From positions 9,641 to 73,640 of IMG/VR virus record IMGVR_UViG_3300028534_000023: 64,000 nucleotides of DNA; one strand, 5' to 3'. This stretch comes from a virus. Taxonomy: Duplodnaviria > Caudoviricetes. The position numbers and the translations under genes are program-made. Positions 9,784-18,769 of the stretch are shown here, in pieces. Each line of letters starts with the position of its first letter. The first letter of the stretch is position 1. The notes under the pieces are model-generated. The model did no database searches, was not told the DNA's origin, and saw nothing but the letters and a program-made list of their open reading frames with translations.

Positions 9784-10332
9784 CTAAACATATTGTTGTA
9801 TTCCTTTTAGTATATTATCAATAAAGTATTTACCTGCTATGTTTTTGTTTATGTAGGTTGGTTTAGTCAAGGCATCTGTTTTGTGTAGGTAATTCTCTTC
9901 TAAATATGTCAGAGAAATAAGATTGTGTGCTACAGATAAGATTCGTTTAGATATTATTGTATATCCAGCCAAATCTTTACTAGACCCTGTATATGACCTC
10001 CAATTAGATTCTGTGTATGTTACGTCGAACGGAGTACGCTCTGCTTTTATACCTTGCTTGCGTGCTAAGGCTTTGTCTTTTTTAGAGACTGCTATTTTAC
10101 CATCTATTGTTATTACGTTTTTGTATATACGTTCTGAATTAGGACGAAGTTCTCCTGATTTAAGAGCAGGGAGAGTTTTCTTTGAGTATAGTCGTTTTTT
10201 ACCTATATATAAGTATGTTTTGTTATTTTTAGTTGCCGTAATCTCGTACACAAAACCGTATGGATTGGCTATGCCGGATTGTTGTTTTATATCGTCTATC
10301 GATGTAACTGGTTTGTGTAATGTCCAATACAT
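9784..10332 (-). CDS. GIY-YIG (Seg-like) endonuclease
   Basis: YGFVYEIT...YLYIGKK and YTGSS motifs. Confidence 0.75.
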   Translation of the reverse strand: MYWTLHKPVTSIDDIKQQSGIANPYGFVYEITATKNNKTYLYIGKKRLYSKKTLPALKSGELRPNSERIYKNVITIDGKIAVSKKDKALARKQGIKAERTPFDVTYTESNWRSYTGSSKDLAGYTIISKRILSVAHNLISLTYLEENYLHKTDALTKPTYINKNIAGKYFIDNILKGIQQYV

Positions 10333-10414
10333 TTTTATACATCCTTTTTAAAAGTAAATATATATATATTTAACAGTTAATTAGCTTATATTTTTATTTT
10401 ATATTGTATCTAAA

Positions 10415-10885
10415 TTATCTATCAGGTAATCCTTCACTTATTAACATTAGCGTATAAAATTTTTCGTGTAGAGGTATGTTGAATTTTTGTGATATAAATT
10501 TCATAGTACTAAGTAATTCTCGTATTTGTCGTTTATATGAACGTTTTCTAGCTCTTTTATGAATATTTATTAAATGTTTTACGTTATGTAAATATTCGTC
10601 TAAGACTTTTTCTGCAATAAATGGATGTATATATTTAGCATATAATATAGTACCATCATACGTATCTTTTAATATTTTAAGTTGTCTGTTTGTAGTTACA
10701 CTTAAACAGTTATGTGACGTAATTGCTAAAAAGTCGTTGTATAGCACTGCTACTAAAGTATTATACGAATACAGTACGTTGCCTTCAAAGTGTAATCTAT
10801 TATTTGCTGTAGTACCTTCTGTATATTTATGTGACAAATAAGCTGACAACAGTCCACGATAATCGTATGATGACCTGTATTGCAT
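10415..10885 (-). CDS. Hypothetical protein
   Basis: 156-aa ORF with AAGGA RBS. Confidence 0.65.
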   Translation of the reverse strand: MQYRSSYDYRGLLSAYLSHKYTEGTTANNRLHFEGNVLYSYNTLVAVLYNDFLAITSHNCLSVTTNRQLKILKDTYDGTILYAKYIHPFIAEKVLDEYLHNVKHLINIHKRARKRSYKRQIRELLSTMKFISQKFNIPLHEKFYTLMLISEGLPDR

Positions 10886-10967
10886 AGTTTATCCTTAGTT
10901 TATTTTGTAAAAGTTGTTTTATATTTGATTATTTGAATACATTTGTTTTCAACTGACTTTTAAGTTG

Positions 10968-11249
10968 TTAATCTACTTTTTTCATACTCTCTATGTCAAA
11001 AATATTATACACTTTTGTATCACCGAATACGTTGCTTTTATATCTAAAATCAAATATACCGTGATTCTCTATAGCTATTCTAAACTCGTTATCTAATAAC
11101 GGTTCTAACTCTTTTTCTATATAACTTAACAAATAATTGTGACTGGTAGCTCCGTCTTCACACAAGCTATTCGTATCAGGCACTGTGTTATAGCAATGTA
11201 ACAATGCTTCTATCAGTAAATCGTTATCTTTATAAGTTAGAGTTTTCAT
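10968..11249 (-). CDS. Hypothetical protein
   Basis: 93-aa ORF abutting thyX. Confidence 0.65.
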   Translation of the reverse strand: MKTLTYKDNDLLIEALLHCYNTVPDTNSLCEDGATSHNYLLSYIEKELEPLLDNEFRIAIENHGIFDFRYKSNVFGDTKVYNIFDIESMKKVD

Positions 11250-12107
11250 TCAGCTGTCCTTGATTATTAGGTTTAAATATTTTTGTGGAGTTGCATTTTT
11301 AATTTGTTTAGCAGTTTCTCTCATTAGGAAGTAAGCAGCTCCAGAATCTCTTAAAGTTAAAAAATTTTTAAGCGATCGTAAGTTAATTGTAACTACTGCA
11401 TCCACTTTCCAGTTATCTGTGACGATATGTTTGGCTGCATCTCCAACATTACGCTTTTGCTTAGATACTTCTAATGCTTTGAATATATTTTCTGGAGTTG
11501 ATTGTTCTAGTGCACCATTGGTTCTCATATCTTTGGATGTGAATGTGTTTAGGAACTCTTCACGTCCTAGTAAATTATACTGATGCATTAATTTATGATA
11601 GATCATAGAATGTTCTATTCCATTATACTCGCCAGCAGTGACTAAGTAATCAATGTTTTTATCAAGGAATATAGAAAATTCTTCTACATTTGAGCAAGCT
11701 TCCCTACTAGGAAGATGTGCTATGAATGCATTTATAATGCCTCCCATTGTGTATCTAGTTGACTGTACTGATGGTGATACCATCCTATGACGAGCCAGCT
11801 CTTGTAGTACACCTCTACTCATACCTCTTATATTGTACTGCAATACGGCATGTTCTAATATCGAGTAGTGAAAATAAGTCCAAGATAAATCATCAAGTAG
11901 GTTTGAATGTTCTATATCGTTAACTTCTAAAATATCGTCGTTAGACAGCTCAGGTTCGATGTTTAATCTACGTATGGCTTTGTTCTCACTATTATCGAAC
12001 GAGTTATAACACGTTCTTGCTCCGAACTCTGCTACGCCTAGCCCTGTTTCATTCAATAAGTATACTTGTGGTAAAGTATATTCAATACCTGCTACAATTG
12101 TTGTCAT
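11250..12107 (-). CDS. thyX: FAD-dependent thymidylate synthase
   Basis: HYSILEH, SRGVLQELARHRMVSPSVQSTRY (RHRx7S signature), NLRSLKNFLTLR. Confidence 0.95.
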   Translation of the reverse strand: MTTIVAGIEYTLPQVYLLNETGLGVAEFGARTCYNSFDNSENKAIRRLNIEPELSNDDILEVNDIEHSNLLDDLSWTYFHYSILEHAVLQYNIRGMSRGVLQELARHRMVSPSVQSTRYTMGGIINAFIAHLPSREACSNVEEFSIFLDKNIDYLVTAGEYNGIEHSMIYHKLMHQYNLLGREEFLNTFTSKDMRTNGALEQSTPENIFKALEVSKQKRNVGDAAKHIVTDNWKVDAVVTINLRSLKNFLTLRDSGAAYFLMRETAKQIKNATPQKYLNLIIKDS

Positions 12108-12146
12108 TACTGTTCCTTGTATATAAATATATTTAGTTTACTGTAG

Positions 12147-12743
12147 TTATTGATGTTCTTTTGAATAGTGTAATACTAAGTCACATGTTTTTCTAACTTT
12201 TTCTACATTTTCAAACGATTGTATTTTACTCATTGCAGTATCTGCGTAATATTTTAATAGAGTATTATTTGTGTGTTGCTGCAAATCAAAAATACACCTA
12301 CATGCTATATTTATATGACAATCTTCAAAATTGTTATATTTGTTACGTACATGAATTTTTGGCACATTAACAAAATTTAGTTCTCTATTACCATATTCAA
12401 CAATAAAATCAAAAAATATGTCATAGTTTATTAATATTTGTTCGTCGCATTTGTTAAATATATCTTCTATTAAAGGTATAGATTTTTCTTCTATATTCAA
12501 AAATATTGTATTTCTAAATATATAAAGTAAATCTACTTTTCTTTCTGTACTTATCAAAGAATTATCTACTTTCATGTAGTACGTATGTAATGCTTTTATA
12601 TTATTATACAGACTCGTATGTTTTTTGATTACTAAACTGTCTAGTGCGTCTATAGCATTATATAACATACTTTTTAACTCGTTTATAGTTACTGACGGTT
12701 TATTAGCAAGTTTTATAAAATTGATAAGTTGATCGTCTTTCAT
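12147..12743 (-). CDS. Hypothetical protein
   Basis: 198-aa ORF with AAGGA RBS. Confidence 0.65.
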   Translation of the reverse strand: MKDDQLINFIKLANKPSVTINELKSMLYNAIDALDSLVIKKHTSLYNNIKALHTYYMKVDNSLISTERKVDLLYIFRNTIFLNIEEKSIPLIEDIFNKCDEQILINYDIFFDFIVEYGNRELNFVNVPKIHVRNKYNNFEDCHINIACRCIFDLQQHTNNTLLKYYADTAMSKIQSFENVEKVRKTCDLVLHYSKEHQ

Positions 12744-12868
12744 GTAAATCCTTTGTAGACATTGTTAATTTTTCTAATTTGTTTGTATGTACTTTTGGTA
12801 GTTATTTTAAATATCAGTATTATAGTTTATACACCCCATGCTCGATAAAACAGTTATCTTATTGCCAT
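12740..12868 (-). pseudogene. Small ORF with two in-frame TAA codons, overlapping both neighbours (TAATG / ATGA)
   Basis: MAIR*LFYRAWGV*TIILIFK...GFT*; the start resembles the YopX N-terminus MREIKFRAW. Confidence 0.5.
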
Positions 12869-13560
12869 TACTTAGTTCTTATTTTAGTTTTTAAATTTTT
12901 TAAAGCTTGTTGTGTATATTCTATTTCTTGCGTATGGTCAATCGTACTTTTATCTATATTTAACATATTTTGCAAAATATCTATTATAGTATTGTTTTTA
13001 TTTGCTTTGATATGTATTTTCAGTTTTTCTAAGTACAACCATTTGTTATAATTAGCTGTACTGCTTCGACGTGTAGCGTTTTTAGTTTTAAACATATCTG
13101 TATCTAAAACAGGTGTTCTAGGTATGTTTATTAAAAATGTCTCATAGTCTATGTTTAATGTTTTGTCTTTTACTGTTAAGCATAGTATTTTTAAATCTTT
13201 AGCAAAGCAGTAACTATCTCTATATACATTTTTTTGTATTGTTAGTGGATAATACTCAAAAAGTACTTTAAGTTTTTCATAAGAAATATTATAGTTATCT
13301 ATATTTGTGAAAAATAAGTTTGAAATATATTCTACAGTATTTTCTACTCGTCTTGGCAATGCTGCTTTTGATTTACTTGTAAATAGTTTGTATGCTTTTG
13401 TCAATACTATAAATCTGAAATATATATCATCGAAATCGCTGTTACGAGAATTTTTATATTTAAGTAATTCTACATTTGTGTCTATGACTTCTTTTAAATA
13501 CTTTATAGTAGATTTCTCACTTAGTGAGTCTTTTGTAATTATAAATGTTAATTCATTCAT
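12868..13560 (-). CDS. Hypothetical protein
   Basis: 230-aa ORF in operon orientation. Confidence 0.7.
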   Translation of the reverse strand: MNELTFIITKDSLSEKSTIKYLKEVIDTNVELLKYKNSRNSDFDDIYFRFIVLTKAYKLFTSKSKAALPRRVENTVEYISNLFFTNIDNYNISYEKLKVLFEYYPLTIQKNVYRDSYCFAKDLKILCLTVKDKTLNIDYETFLINIPRTPVLDTDMFKTKNATRRSSTANYNKWLYLEKLKIHIKANKNNTIIDILQNMLNIDKSTIDHTQEIEYTQQALKNLKTKIRTK

Positions 13561-13627
13561 TTTATACCACCCTGTTCTATATATATAGTGTTTGTACTAT
13601 TATAATTAAGTACGTGATTCATATGTT

Positions 13628-15028
13628 TTATGGTAATTGTATATTTTTACCACCAAATATAGTAGTATCTATCTCTCTACAGTTTGAAGGAGCTAGCCAG
13701 AATGTTGCGATATGTTTAAGAGTTTTTTTATATTTTGGAAATTCTGTTTCTATATCTGAGTACATATCTGACATACATATATAAATATATTTTTCTGGAT
13801 TTTTTATTTTCATATCAGTAATGAACTTAAAAACTTTTGCGTGTGATGTACCACCTTTTACGTAACGAGTGCCTACCATGTTTTTAATGTCATTTTTTGA
13901 TACGTTTTCAATATTTTTTGTATTATTAGTATATACCAAATCTACATCATGGATAAGTACTGTAAGTTCATTTATACGATGTTTGTTTTGTTGTACAATA
14001 CCGTATACTTTAGCCATATCTTCTATGTGCATAGACCCAGATTGGTCAATAGATATAATAATATTTACTTTATTGTCATAATATTCATTTGAAGGAGCAT
14101 TAAATATATTACGATAAGTGTTAGATAGACGTTTCCACGTTTTAGCGAATTTTGTTGTTTTACGATGTGTCACAGAATTAAATTCAATTTTAAAGTCATC
14201 TAACCAGTATGTATTTACTTTAACTGCTTCAAAAGATTCAAGTATGGTATCTGCACCATGTACACCTTTTCCGTTCGAACGAATTACATCAAGTAAAGTT
14301 GTTGACATATTAGCTACTACGACGTTAATTTCACGTGTTTTATGTGCATCAATAGATGTTGGTGTATGGTATGTAAAACCGTTTATTTTTAATGTTACAA
14401 ATCTTTTATTGTTAAAATACGCTGTAGGTTGAGGTGTATTTGAAGCAAGATCTTTTAATATATCTATGTCTATATGTAAATTTTTGCGTGGCATAGGTAC
14501 TACAGTTTTTATCTTTTCCCACTCTTTTTTAAATGCAGATTGTTTAAATAGTTTTTCCATAAATTTATTTATAGTCATATCACATGTCAATTTTATAATA
14601 ATATGAGGATCTTTTTGCGTAGGTATCGCTCTAATCATCATAGTTTGGTATTCTGCAGTATAATGTTTACGTATAATATGTTGTACTTCTTTTATATAAT
14701 AATAAGAAGCTAGTACATAATGTTTTTTTACTAGTTTTAACATACGTTTAAGATATTTTTCTTCTTTGTATAAAAAAGTAAATACTATTTCAGGGGTTTT
14801 AGTAAAGTCTGTTCTTACTACTAAGTTATTGAATAAATCATCAAAGCCTAGTTTTTCAACTTGAATACTTTTCTCGTATTGAAATGCTTCAACTCTTATA
14901 GGGAGTTTTATAAACAACCCAATAGATAAAAATGCAGTTTTACTAGCTCCCATAAGTTGGTTATTTGCTGTTACTAGCTGTTTTTGCAGCTCGTTTGTCA
15001 TCTTATTGATAAACTCATTGTGTTTCAT
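13628..15028 (-). CDS. vWA-domain protein (DUF2201-like; N4 gp25-like)
   Basis: MIDAS motif ISIDQSGSM, IHDV, GGTSH; adjacent to an AAA+ ATPase. Confidence 0.8.
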   Translation of the reverse strand: MKHNEFINKMTNELQKQLVTANNQLMGASKTAFLSIGLFIKLPIRVEAFQYEKSIQVEKLGFDDLFNNLVVRTDFTKTPEIVFTFLYKEEKYLKRMLKLVKKHYVLASYYYIKEVQHIIRKHYTAEYQTMMIRAIPTQKDPHIIIKLTCDMTINKFMEKLFKQSAFKKEWEKIKTVVPMPRKNLHIDIDILKDLASNTPQPTAYFNNKRFVTLKINGFTYHTPTSIDAHKTREINVVVANMSTTLLDVIRSNGKGVHGADTILESFEAVKVNTYWLDDFKIEFNSVTHRKTTKFAKTWKRLSNTYRNIFNAPSNEYYDNKVNIIISIDQSGSMHIEDMAKVYGIVQQNKHRINELTVLIHDVDLVYTNNTKNIENVSKNDIKNMVGTRYVKGGTSHAKVFKFITDMKIKNPEKYIYICMSDMYSDIETEFPKYKKTLKHIATFWLAPSNCREIDTTIFGGKNIQLP

Positions 15029-15038
15029 AACATTTCCT

Positions 15039-16205
15039 TTAAAGTAGATAATTACTAAATATACGTAAAATTTCTTTTCGTTTAGTTAGTGGTGTTTTTT
15101 TAAACATGTTTAATTGTTCTCTTGTGAGCGCAAACTCATTTAACGGTTTGTCCATAATAATATTAATCAATATCTGTATTCCTTTTGTTATTGGAAGCCT
15201 TGCATTCTTACGTTGATACATAGTTACAAGCGTTGAAGCAAAAAATCCGATAAAGTTATCGCATAGATAGTTATGGTCTAAAAATTTTATCATAAATATA
15301 GTATCTTCAGGTGTTTCAATAGAAGATAGAATGTTTCCGTATAGTACCTGGTCCAGGAAAGGTCTGTCGGCTACAGTAAAAATATTGTGTGTTTTTATAT
15401 CTGACTCGAAGTTAAGTTTGTGTAAATACTCTACATGTTCAGCAAATTCTACAGCTGTTTTAGTAGACATAAACCCTTTTGCAATGAGTAATGGATCTTG
15501 TTCTAAAATACCTTTAGGCAGATTGTATAAACATGTTGATAAATATTCCCAAGTTCTTGGAGTCGCATAAGGTGAAATAGTAGATTCATTTTCTTGTACT
15601 TTATCTAATTTGTTTTTAATAAATGAAGATACTTTTGGGTGAAATTTTGAAGCTATGTTTACATACCAGTCTTCTACGTTAAACGGTATTTCTAGCCATT
15701 GTAAACGATTGATTATAGGTGACGGAAACCCTTCAAACCCTGCTTCAGATGAATTGTTAGCAGTACATACTATAGCTACTGAATCATGTAATTTATATTG
15801 TTTAAGCTTTCGTTCTAATAATAATTCATACATCGCTGTTGTTGTAGCTAAAGGCATTGCATGTAAGTCATCAAGTAGGATCACCGTAGGTGTTTTTTCT
15901 GCTAGTCTGTTTGCTTGTAAGATAAGTTCTGGAACAGACCACTGAGTCCCTGTTATAGGTCCATCAATTTCGGCGCTTGAATATTTATTGAAATTTTTTA
16001 TTTCGGTAAATTCTGGTATTCCACTAGCTTCTTCTAGTGTAAATGTAGCAGCGCTCACATCTACAATAGCATATTCTAAATTTTTTACTAAGTTTCGTAT
16101 GATAGTACTTTTGCCTATTCCAGGTAAGCCTAAACATACAATAGGAGCAGTTAATTCCCCTGTTAGCTGTGATTTTATATTTGTTTCTATGATTGTTTTA
16201 ATCAT
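15039..16205 (-). CDS. MoxR-like AAA+ ATPase (N4 gp24-like)
   Basis: Walker A GLPGIGKS, Walker B ILLDDL, CTAN, SPIINRL, ATPRTW. Confidence 0.9.
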   Translation of the reverse strand: MIKTIIETNIKSQLTGELTAPIVCLGLPGIGKSTIIRNLVKNLEYAIVDVSAATFTLEEASGIPEFTEIKNFNKYSSAEIDGPITGTQWSVPELILQANRLAEKTPTVILLDDLHAMPLATTTAMYELLLERKLKQYKLHDSVAIVCTANNSSEAGFEGFPSPIINRLQWLEIPFNVEDWYVNIASKFHPKVSSFIKNKLDKVQENESTISPYATPRTWEYLSTCLYNLPKGILEQDPLLIAKGFMSTKTAVEFAEHVEYLHKLNFESDIKTHNIFTVADRPFLDQVLYGNILSSIETPEDTIFMIKFLDHNYLCDNFIGFFASTLVTMYQRKNARLPITKGIQILINIIMDKPLNEFALTREQLNMFKKTPLTKRKEILRIFSNYLL

Positions 16206-16217
16206 TTTTATTCCTTT

Positions 16218-16430
16218 CTATGCATAAATATCTAATATAACTCTTTTTAATCTTTTTTGTTTCAACATCTCAATAACTGTTTTTAGCCCATCTGCTTGTT
16301 TTTTACAGATTTTTAACTCTCTTTCTGCTTTCTGCATCCTCTGTATAACTTTTTGAAGTTGTAGAGCACTTACTGTCACTTCGTATTCTTCTTTGTAGAG
16401 TCCAGTTAATATGTCTTGCGCAGTAATCAT
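16218..16430 (-). CDS. Hypothetical coiled-coil protein
   Basis: 70-aa ORF in a tightly packed operon. Confidence 0.6.
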   Translation of the reverse strand: MITAQDILTGLYKEEYEVTVSALQLQKVIQRMQKAERELKICKKQADGLKTVIEMLKQKRLKRVILDIYA

Positions 16431-16458
16431 TTTTAACCCCTATTTTTGAAGTAGCAGT

Positions 16459-16896
16459 CTATTTTAATGCAAAATCATGCATTTTACTGTTTTGTATATT
16501 TAAAAAAGTGTTAAGTATTGTTCTGGATTCTTTAATTGTATTTTTTTGTATGTTTTCATCAGATATTTTTATAACTACTTTAAATATGTCATCTAAAATA
16601 GTTTCTCCGAATGTGTCGATAAATATTTGTTTTTTGTCTAATGTTAACATATCTATAAAATCTGCTGGTAGTAGTTTAGCATCGTCAGCAAATTGTTGTA
16701 GCGTTTCTGTCCATGCTTCGTTTGTAATATTTACTGCAACTAATCTAACTTTTTTTGATTGTTTTGTTACAAATTTGTTTAATTTTTGTTTTAACTTTAT
16801 AACAGTGCTATACGTATGGATTTTTTTATTAGGTACTAAATTTAACATAAACAATAACATACTGATATGACTAAGTGTTTCTACATTATTTTTCAT
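16459..16896 (-). CDS. Hypothetical protein
   Basis: 145-aa ORF overlapping the upstream gene. Confidence 0.65.
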   Translation of the reverse strand: MKNNVETLSHISMLLFMLNLVPNKKIHTYSTVIKLKQKLNKFVTKQSKKVRLVAVNITNEAWTETLQQFADDAKLLPADFIDMLTLDKKQIFIDTFGETILDDIFKVVIKISDENIQKNTIKESRTILNTFLNIQNSKMHDFALK

Positions 16897-17224
16897 TATT
16901 AGTTTCCTTACTTATAAATTTTTGTAGTGTATATACATCTTTTATTGCTTTATCATAAGCTTTTAGATGTATTGCTCTTTTGTTACTCCCTGTAAATTTA
17001 GCTCCATTCATTGATGGTAGTTTTTGTTCTTGCAATTTATTTATAGCGTCTACATAATCAAAATATTTAATTAACTGTCTTGTTGCTATCCCTGCTTTAT
17101 TTATCCCTATTTTTGTTTTAAATCTATTTTTTGTACCGATTCTGGTTAAAATGTTAAATAATGAATTTGATCTTTTATATCCTAGACAGTCTTTAATGTC
17201 TTTTTTACAAAATTCGATATTCAT
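16886..17224 (-). CDS. Hypothetical basic protein
   Basis: 112-aa ORF with AGGA RBS. Confidence 0.65.
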   Translation of the reverse strand: MNIEFCKKDIKDCLGYKRSNSLFNILTRIGTKNRFKTKIGINKAGIATRQLIKYFDYVDAINKLQEQKLPSMNGAKFTGSNKRAIHLKAYDKAIKDVYTLQKFISKETNNEK

Positions 17225-17239
17225 ATACGTATCCTTTGT

Positions 17240-17428
17240 TTATAGCATTACAAGCTTATAATTTACTACTAAGTATGGTGATTTAGGTACTTCTACAGTT
17301 ACTTTAAATACGTTGTTAACAGAATTAGTATAATTGGCTATAATTCTACTTATTTCGTATACAGAGTATTTTGTAAGATCGATGAATTTTTCATCTTTTG
17401 ATATTTTGTTAGTTACTTTCAGTACCAT
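17240..17428 (-). CDS. Hypothetical protein
   Basis: 62-aa ORF in operon orientation. Confidence 0.6.
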   Translation of the reverse strand: MVLKVTNKISKDEKFIDLTKYSVYEISRIIANYTNSVNNVFKVTVEVPKSPYLVVNYKLVML

Positions 17429-17437
17429 AAGAAATTC

Positions 17438-17797
17438 CTAATACTTTGCTATTTTTTCTTCTATCAATCTGTAAGCAGCTTTAGCTACATCCTCATCTAC
17501 GAAATAGTTTTTTATATAATTTTTTAAGTCGTTTTTGCATCTAGTTAATCCATTCAATACACTGAAATTAAATGTAGCATAAGCATTATAGATAAACCAT
17601 AATCTAAACTTCAGTTCAATGATGTCTGACTTAAATTCTGTTTTATTCAAATTTTCTATAAAGACAGGTATTTCTCCTGTTTTAGGTATAGCCTTTAATT
17701 CAGCTATTGTTTTTACTATATAAAATTTTTTGTTACGTGCATTATATGCAGCGCAGTCTGCGATAAGATCTATTGCCATTCTTTCTGTTTTATTCAT
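17438..17797 (-). CDS. Hypothetical protein
   Basis: 119-aa ORF with AAGGA RBS. Confidence 0.65.
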   Translation of the reverse strand: MNKTERMAIDLIADCAAYNARNKKFYIVKTIAELKAIPKTGEIPVFIENLNKTEFKSDIIELKFRLWFIYNAYATFNFSVLNGLTRCKNDLKNYIKNYFVDEDVAKAAYRLIEEKIAKY

Positions 17798-17807
17798 TAT
17801 TATATCC

Positions 17808-18149
17808 TTATATTTTATACAAATTTAATATTTTGAATGAAGTAGGTTTTGGTTGTATTTCTAAACAGTAGTCATACTTTAGGCTCGATGCTCCTCGTTT
17901 ACGTTTAATAAGTGTTATGCTGAATATTACTACAGTTCCGTGGTTTAGTGATAGATTGTTTGATACTTGTACCCATAAATGGTCTAATTTTATGTTATCG
18001 TTGAGGATTATCACACCAGATAAACATAAGGTTCGTCCTTTGTTACCATTTATTTTTGTGATTCCGAATTTTTTTACGGTAGCACAACAGTAAATTTTTT
18101 TACCTAGCAAGTGTTTTGTTTTTTCGTATCTTTCTGTTGTTTCTATCAT
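17808..18149 (-). CDS. Hypothetical protein
   Basis: 113-aa ORF with AAGGA RBS. Confidence 0.65.
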   Translation of the reverse strand: MIETTERYEKTKHLLGKKIYCCATVKKFGITKINGNKGRTLCLSGVIILNDNIKLDHLWVQVSNNLSLNHGTVVIFSITLIKRKRGASSLKYDYCLEIQPKPTSFKILNLYKI

Positions 18150-18158
18150 TACATTTCC

Positions 18159-18326
18159 TTAATCAAAAACTTTTGTAAACACCCAATAGAACCCTAAAAT
18201 AAAGCATCCAAAGAATATTACAGGTATTAAAATTGTTGTAAATGCAATAGTAGCTGCATAAAATAAACTTATACTAAGTATAACTATTATTAACAGTGTT
18301 AGAATTGTTAATGTTGAAGCGTTCAT
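18159..18326 (-). CDS. Small membrane protein (55 aa, two hydrophobic segments)
   Basis: Manual translation MNASTLTILTLLIIVILSISLFYAATIAFTTILIPVIFFGCFILGFYWVFTKVFD, with AAGGA RBS. Confidence 0.65.
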   Translation of the reverse strand: MNASTLTILTLLIIVILSISLFYAATIAFTTILIPVIFFGCFILGFYWVFTKVFD

Positions 18327-18337
18327 AATATTCCTTA

Positions 18338-18643
18338 TTATTTTATGTTATATTTCGTTTTATAGGCTGTTAGAATTTCGTCTATGTTTTCATTATCATT
18401 TTCTTCTACTTTTTCAAACGAAGGCAATATCTTTGGTTCGCTAAATAAAAAGTAGAGAGATATTACAGCTGATGCAACAGTAGCTACCAGCATCCCACCT
18501 AACGACCCACCAAAGATAACTGTTAATGTTACTAACAGTGATCCATCAAAGAAAGCGTCTTGAAATCTCTTTTTTTCTATTTTTTTAAATATGATAAGTA
18601 CATTAAAAGCTGTAGCAAATCCCATTATCAGTGACTGGTCCAT
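18338..18643 (-). CDS. Membrane protein downstream of the RNAP gene
   Basis: Hydrophobic helices and an FGGSLGGM motif; AAGGAG RBS. Confidence 0.7.
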   Translation of the reverse strand: MDQSLIMGFATAFNVLIIFKKIEKKRFQDAFFDGSLLVTLTVIFGGSLGGMLVATVASAVISLYFLFSEPKILPSFEKVEENDNENIDEILTAYKTKYNIK

Positions 18644-18722
18644 AACAGTAAGCTCCTTAAATGTTGGTATATACGTGTTACTTTGTTAAACAAAATAACT
18701 ATGATAGGTTATTACAAATCTC

Positions 18723-18760
18723 AAATAAAAAATAAAAGAGTACCACCATATGGCAGTACC
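18723..18760 (-). terminator. Rho-independent terminator after the RNAP gene
   Basis: Minus strand GGUACUGCC-AUAU-GGUGGUACU (9-bp stem with G-U pairs) followed by CUUUUAUUUUUAUUU. Confidence 0.75.
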
Positions 18761-18769
18761 CTATATTCT

